Part shown: positions 63,160-64,000 of the stretch, one piece after another
Position numbering within the stretch: the stretch's first letter is position 1
How the letters are laid out: every line of letters starts with the position of its first letter
Assembly: GCA_030770535.1 (NCBI GenBank)
Contig: JASVEC010000001.1
Location: 310,001 to 374,000 of the forward strand
Origin: Batkoa obscura
Lineage: Eukaryota
DNA length: 64,000 nt
Direction of reading: 5' to 3'
The notes under the pieces: generated by a model
The model's database searches: none
What the model was told of the DNA's origin: nothing
The model's input: the letters and a program-made list of their open reading frames with translations, nothing else
Program-made: the position numbers and the translations under genes

Positions 63160-64000
63160 TAATTGTATTTATTGAGGATATAATCTATATGTACCTTTTA
63201 GCCATTTCTATTTAGGAAAAATAAGATGCTCTATTATAAGGCTATTTAGCTCGTTACTTATAATAGAGCTATTATGCTAAAACTCAGGGGATAGTAAAAA
63301 AACTATTCAAAGAGTAGTATTTATTACCATCAAATGAAAGTAGCCATTTTTGATGGCTATAAATACCGTAAATGAAAACAATAAGATCATAGATAACTAT
63401 GGTATAATAAATTGAACAGTGAAAATAGTGCTTAAAATGAAAAAATATAAAATGGTTCACTAATAATTAGATAATCATAAGTTCGTACATTTAAAATTTA
63501 TTACGGTGCAATAAAAAAGGACTAATTGATTGTGTTCAAAGAAAGGATTATTTTAACTATATTTGTAAGATTAATGTATAAATATAGAATTTAATCATAT
63601 TTATTAGAAATTAATATAAAGATAAAAAGTCTAGACCTTTTTATTGAGTCTAACTTTATTACTCCAGTTTTATTTTAAAGTCAAGAAAAGAACACTAGAT
63701 AGTTTGAAATACAAAATTAAATAAGGGAGGTAAGTAAAATAACATTTCAATAATAATAGCTTTGGTAAATTTAAAAACATTTATAAAATTTAAGTCAGAC
63801 ACTTATTTCAAAACACGAAACGTTATTTATTTGATTCAAAATGATTACAAAAGGATAATAAAACACGAAGAGGATAAATACAAAGAAAAAGGGTAATTGT
63901 CAGATTAGGAAGATAAATCAAAATTTAAATATCCTACAACTATTCATTGTTGAAGCCCAATAATGGGAGAATACTCTCTTTACACTTGGATCATCACTCT

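Overview
Very AT-rich eukaryotic genomic DNA with short GT-AG introns. The gene set (class IV chitin synthase, chitin deacetylase, GH17, dihydropteridine reductase, F-box/LRR and kelch-TM families) points to an early-diverging fungus, probably Entomophthorales/Conidiobolus-like; this is inference. About 17 protein genes are supported. Three of them (URM1, QDPR and a CPSF6/CFIm68-like gene) are invisible or nearly invisible in the ORF track and were rebuilt by hand from splice sites. There is one intron-containing tRNA-Tyr and one decayed kelch-TM pseudogene. The strongest unexplained structure is a transposon system: a degenerate 2.7-kb Sola2-like DNA transposon (446-3145) and 17 copies of a ~98-bp MITE that share its terminal signature (GRGG ends, GGTTTCA subterminal motif, 4-bp AT-rich TSD). 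Also present are three solo-LTR-like repeats, a piggyBac-like MITE, two foldback elements, and two small homeobox paralogs with a shared unnamed C-terminal motif. All calls come from reading the sequence; no searches were run.
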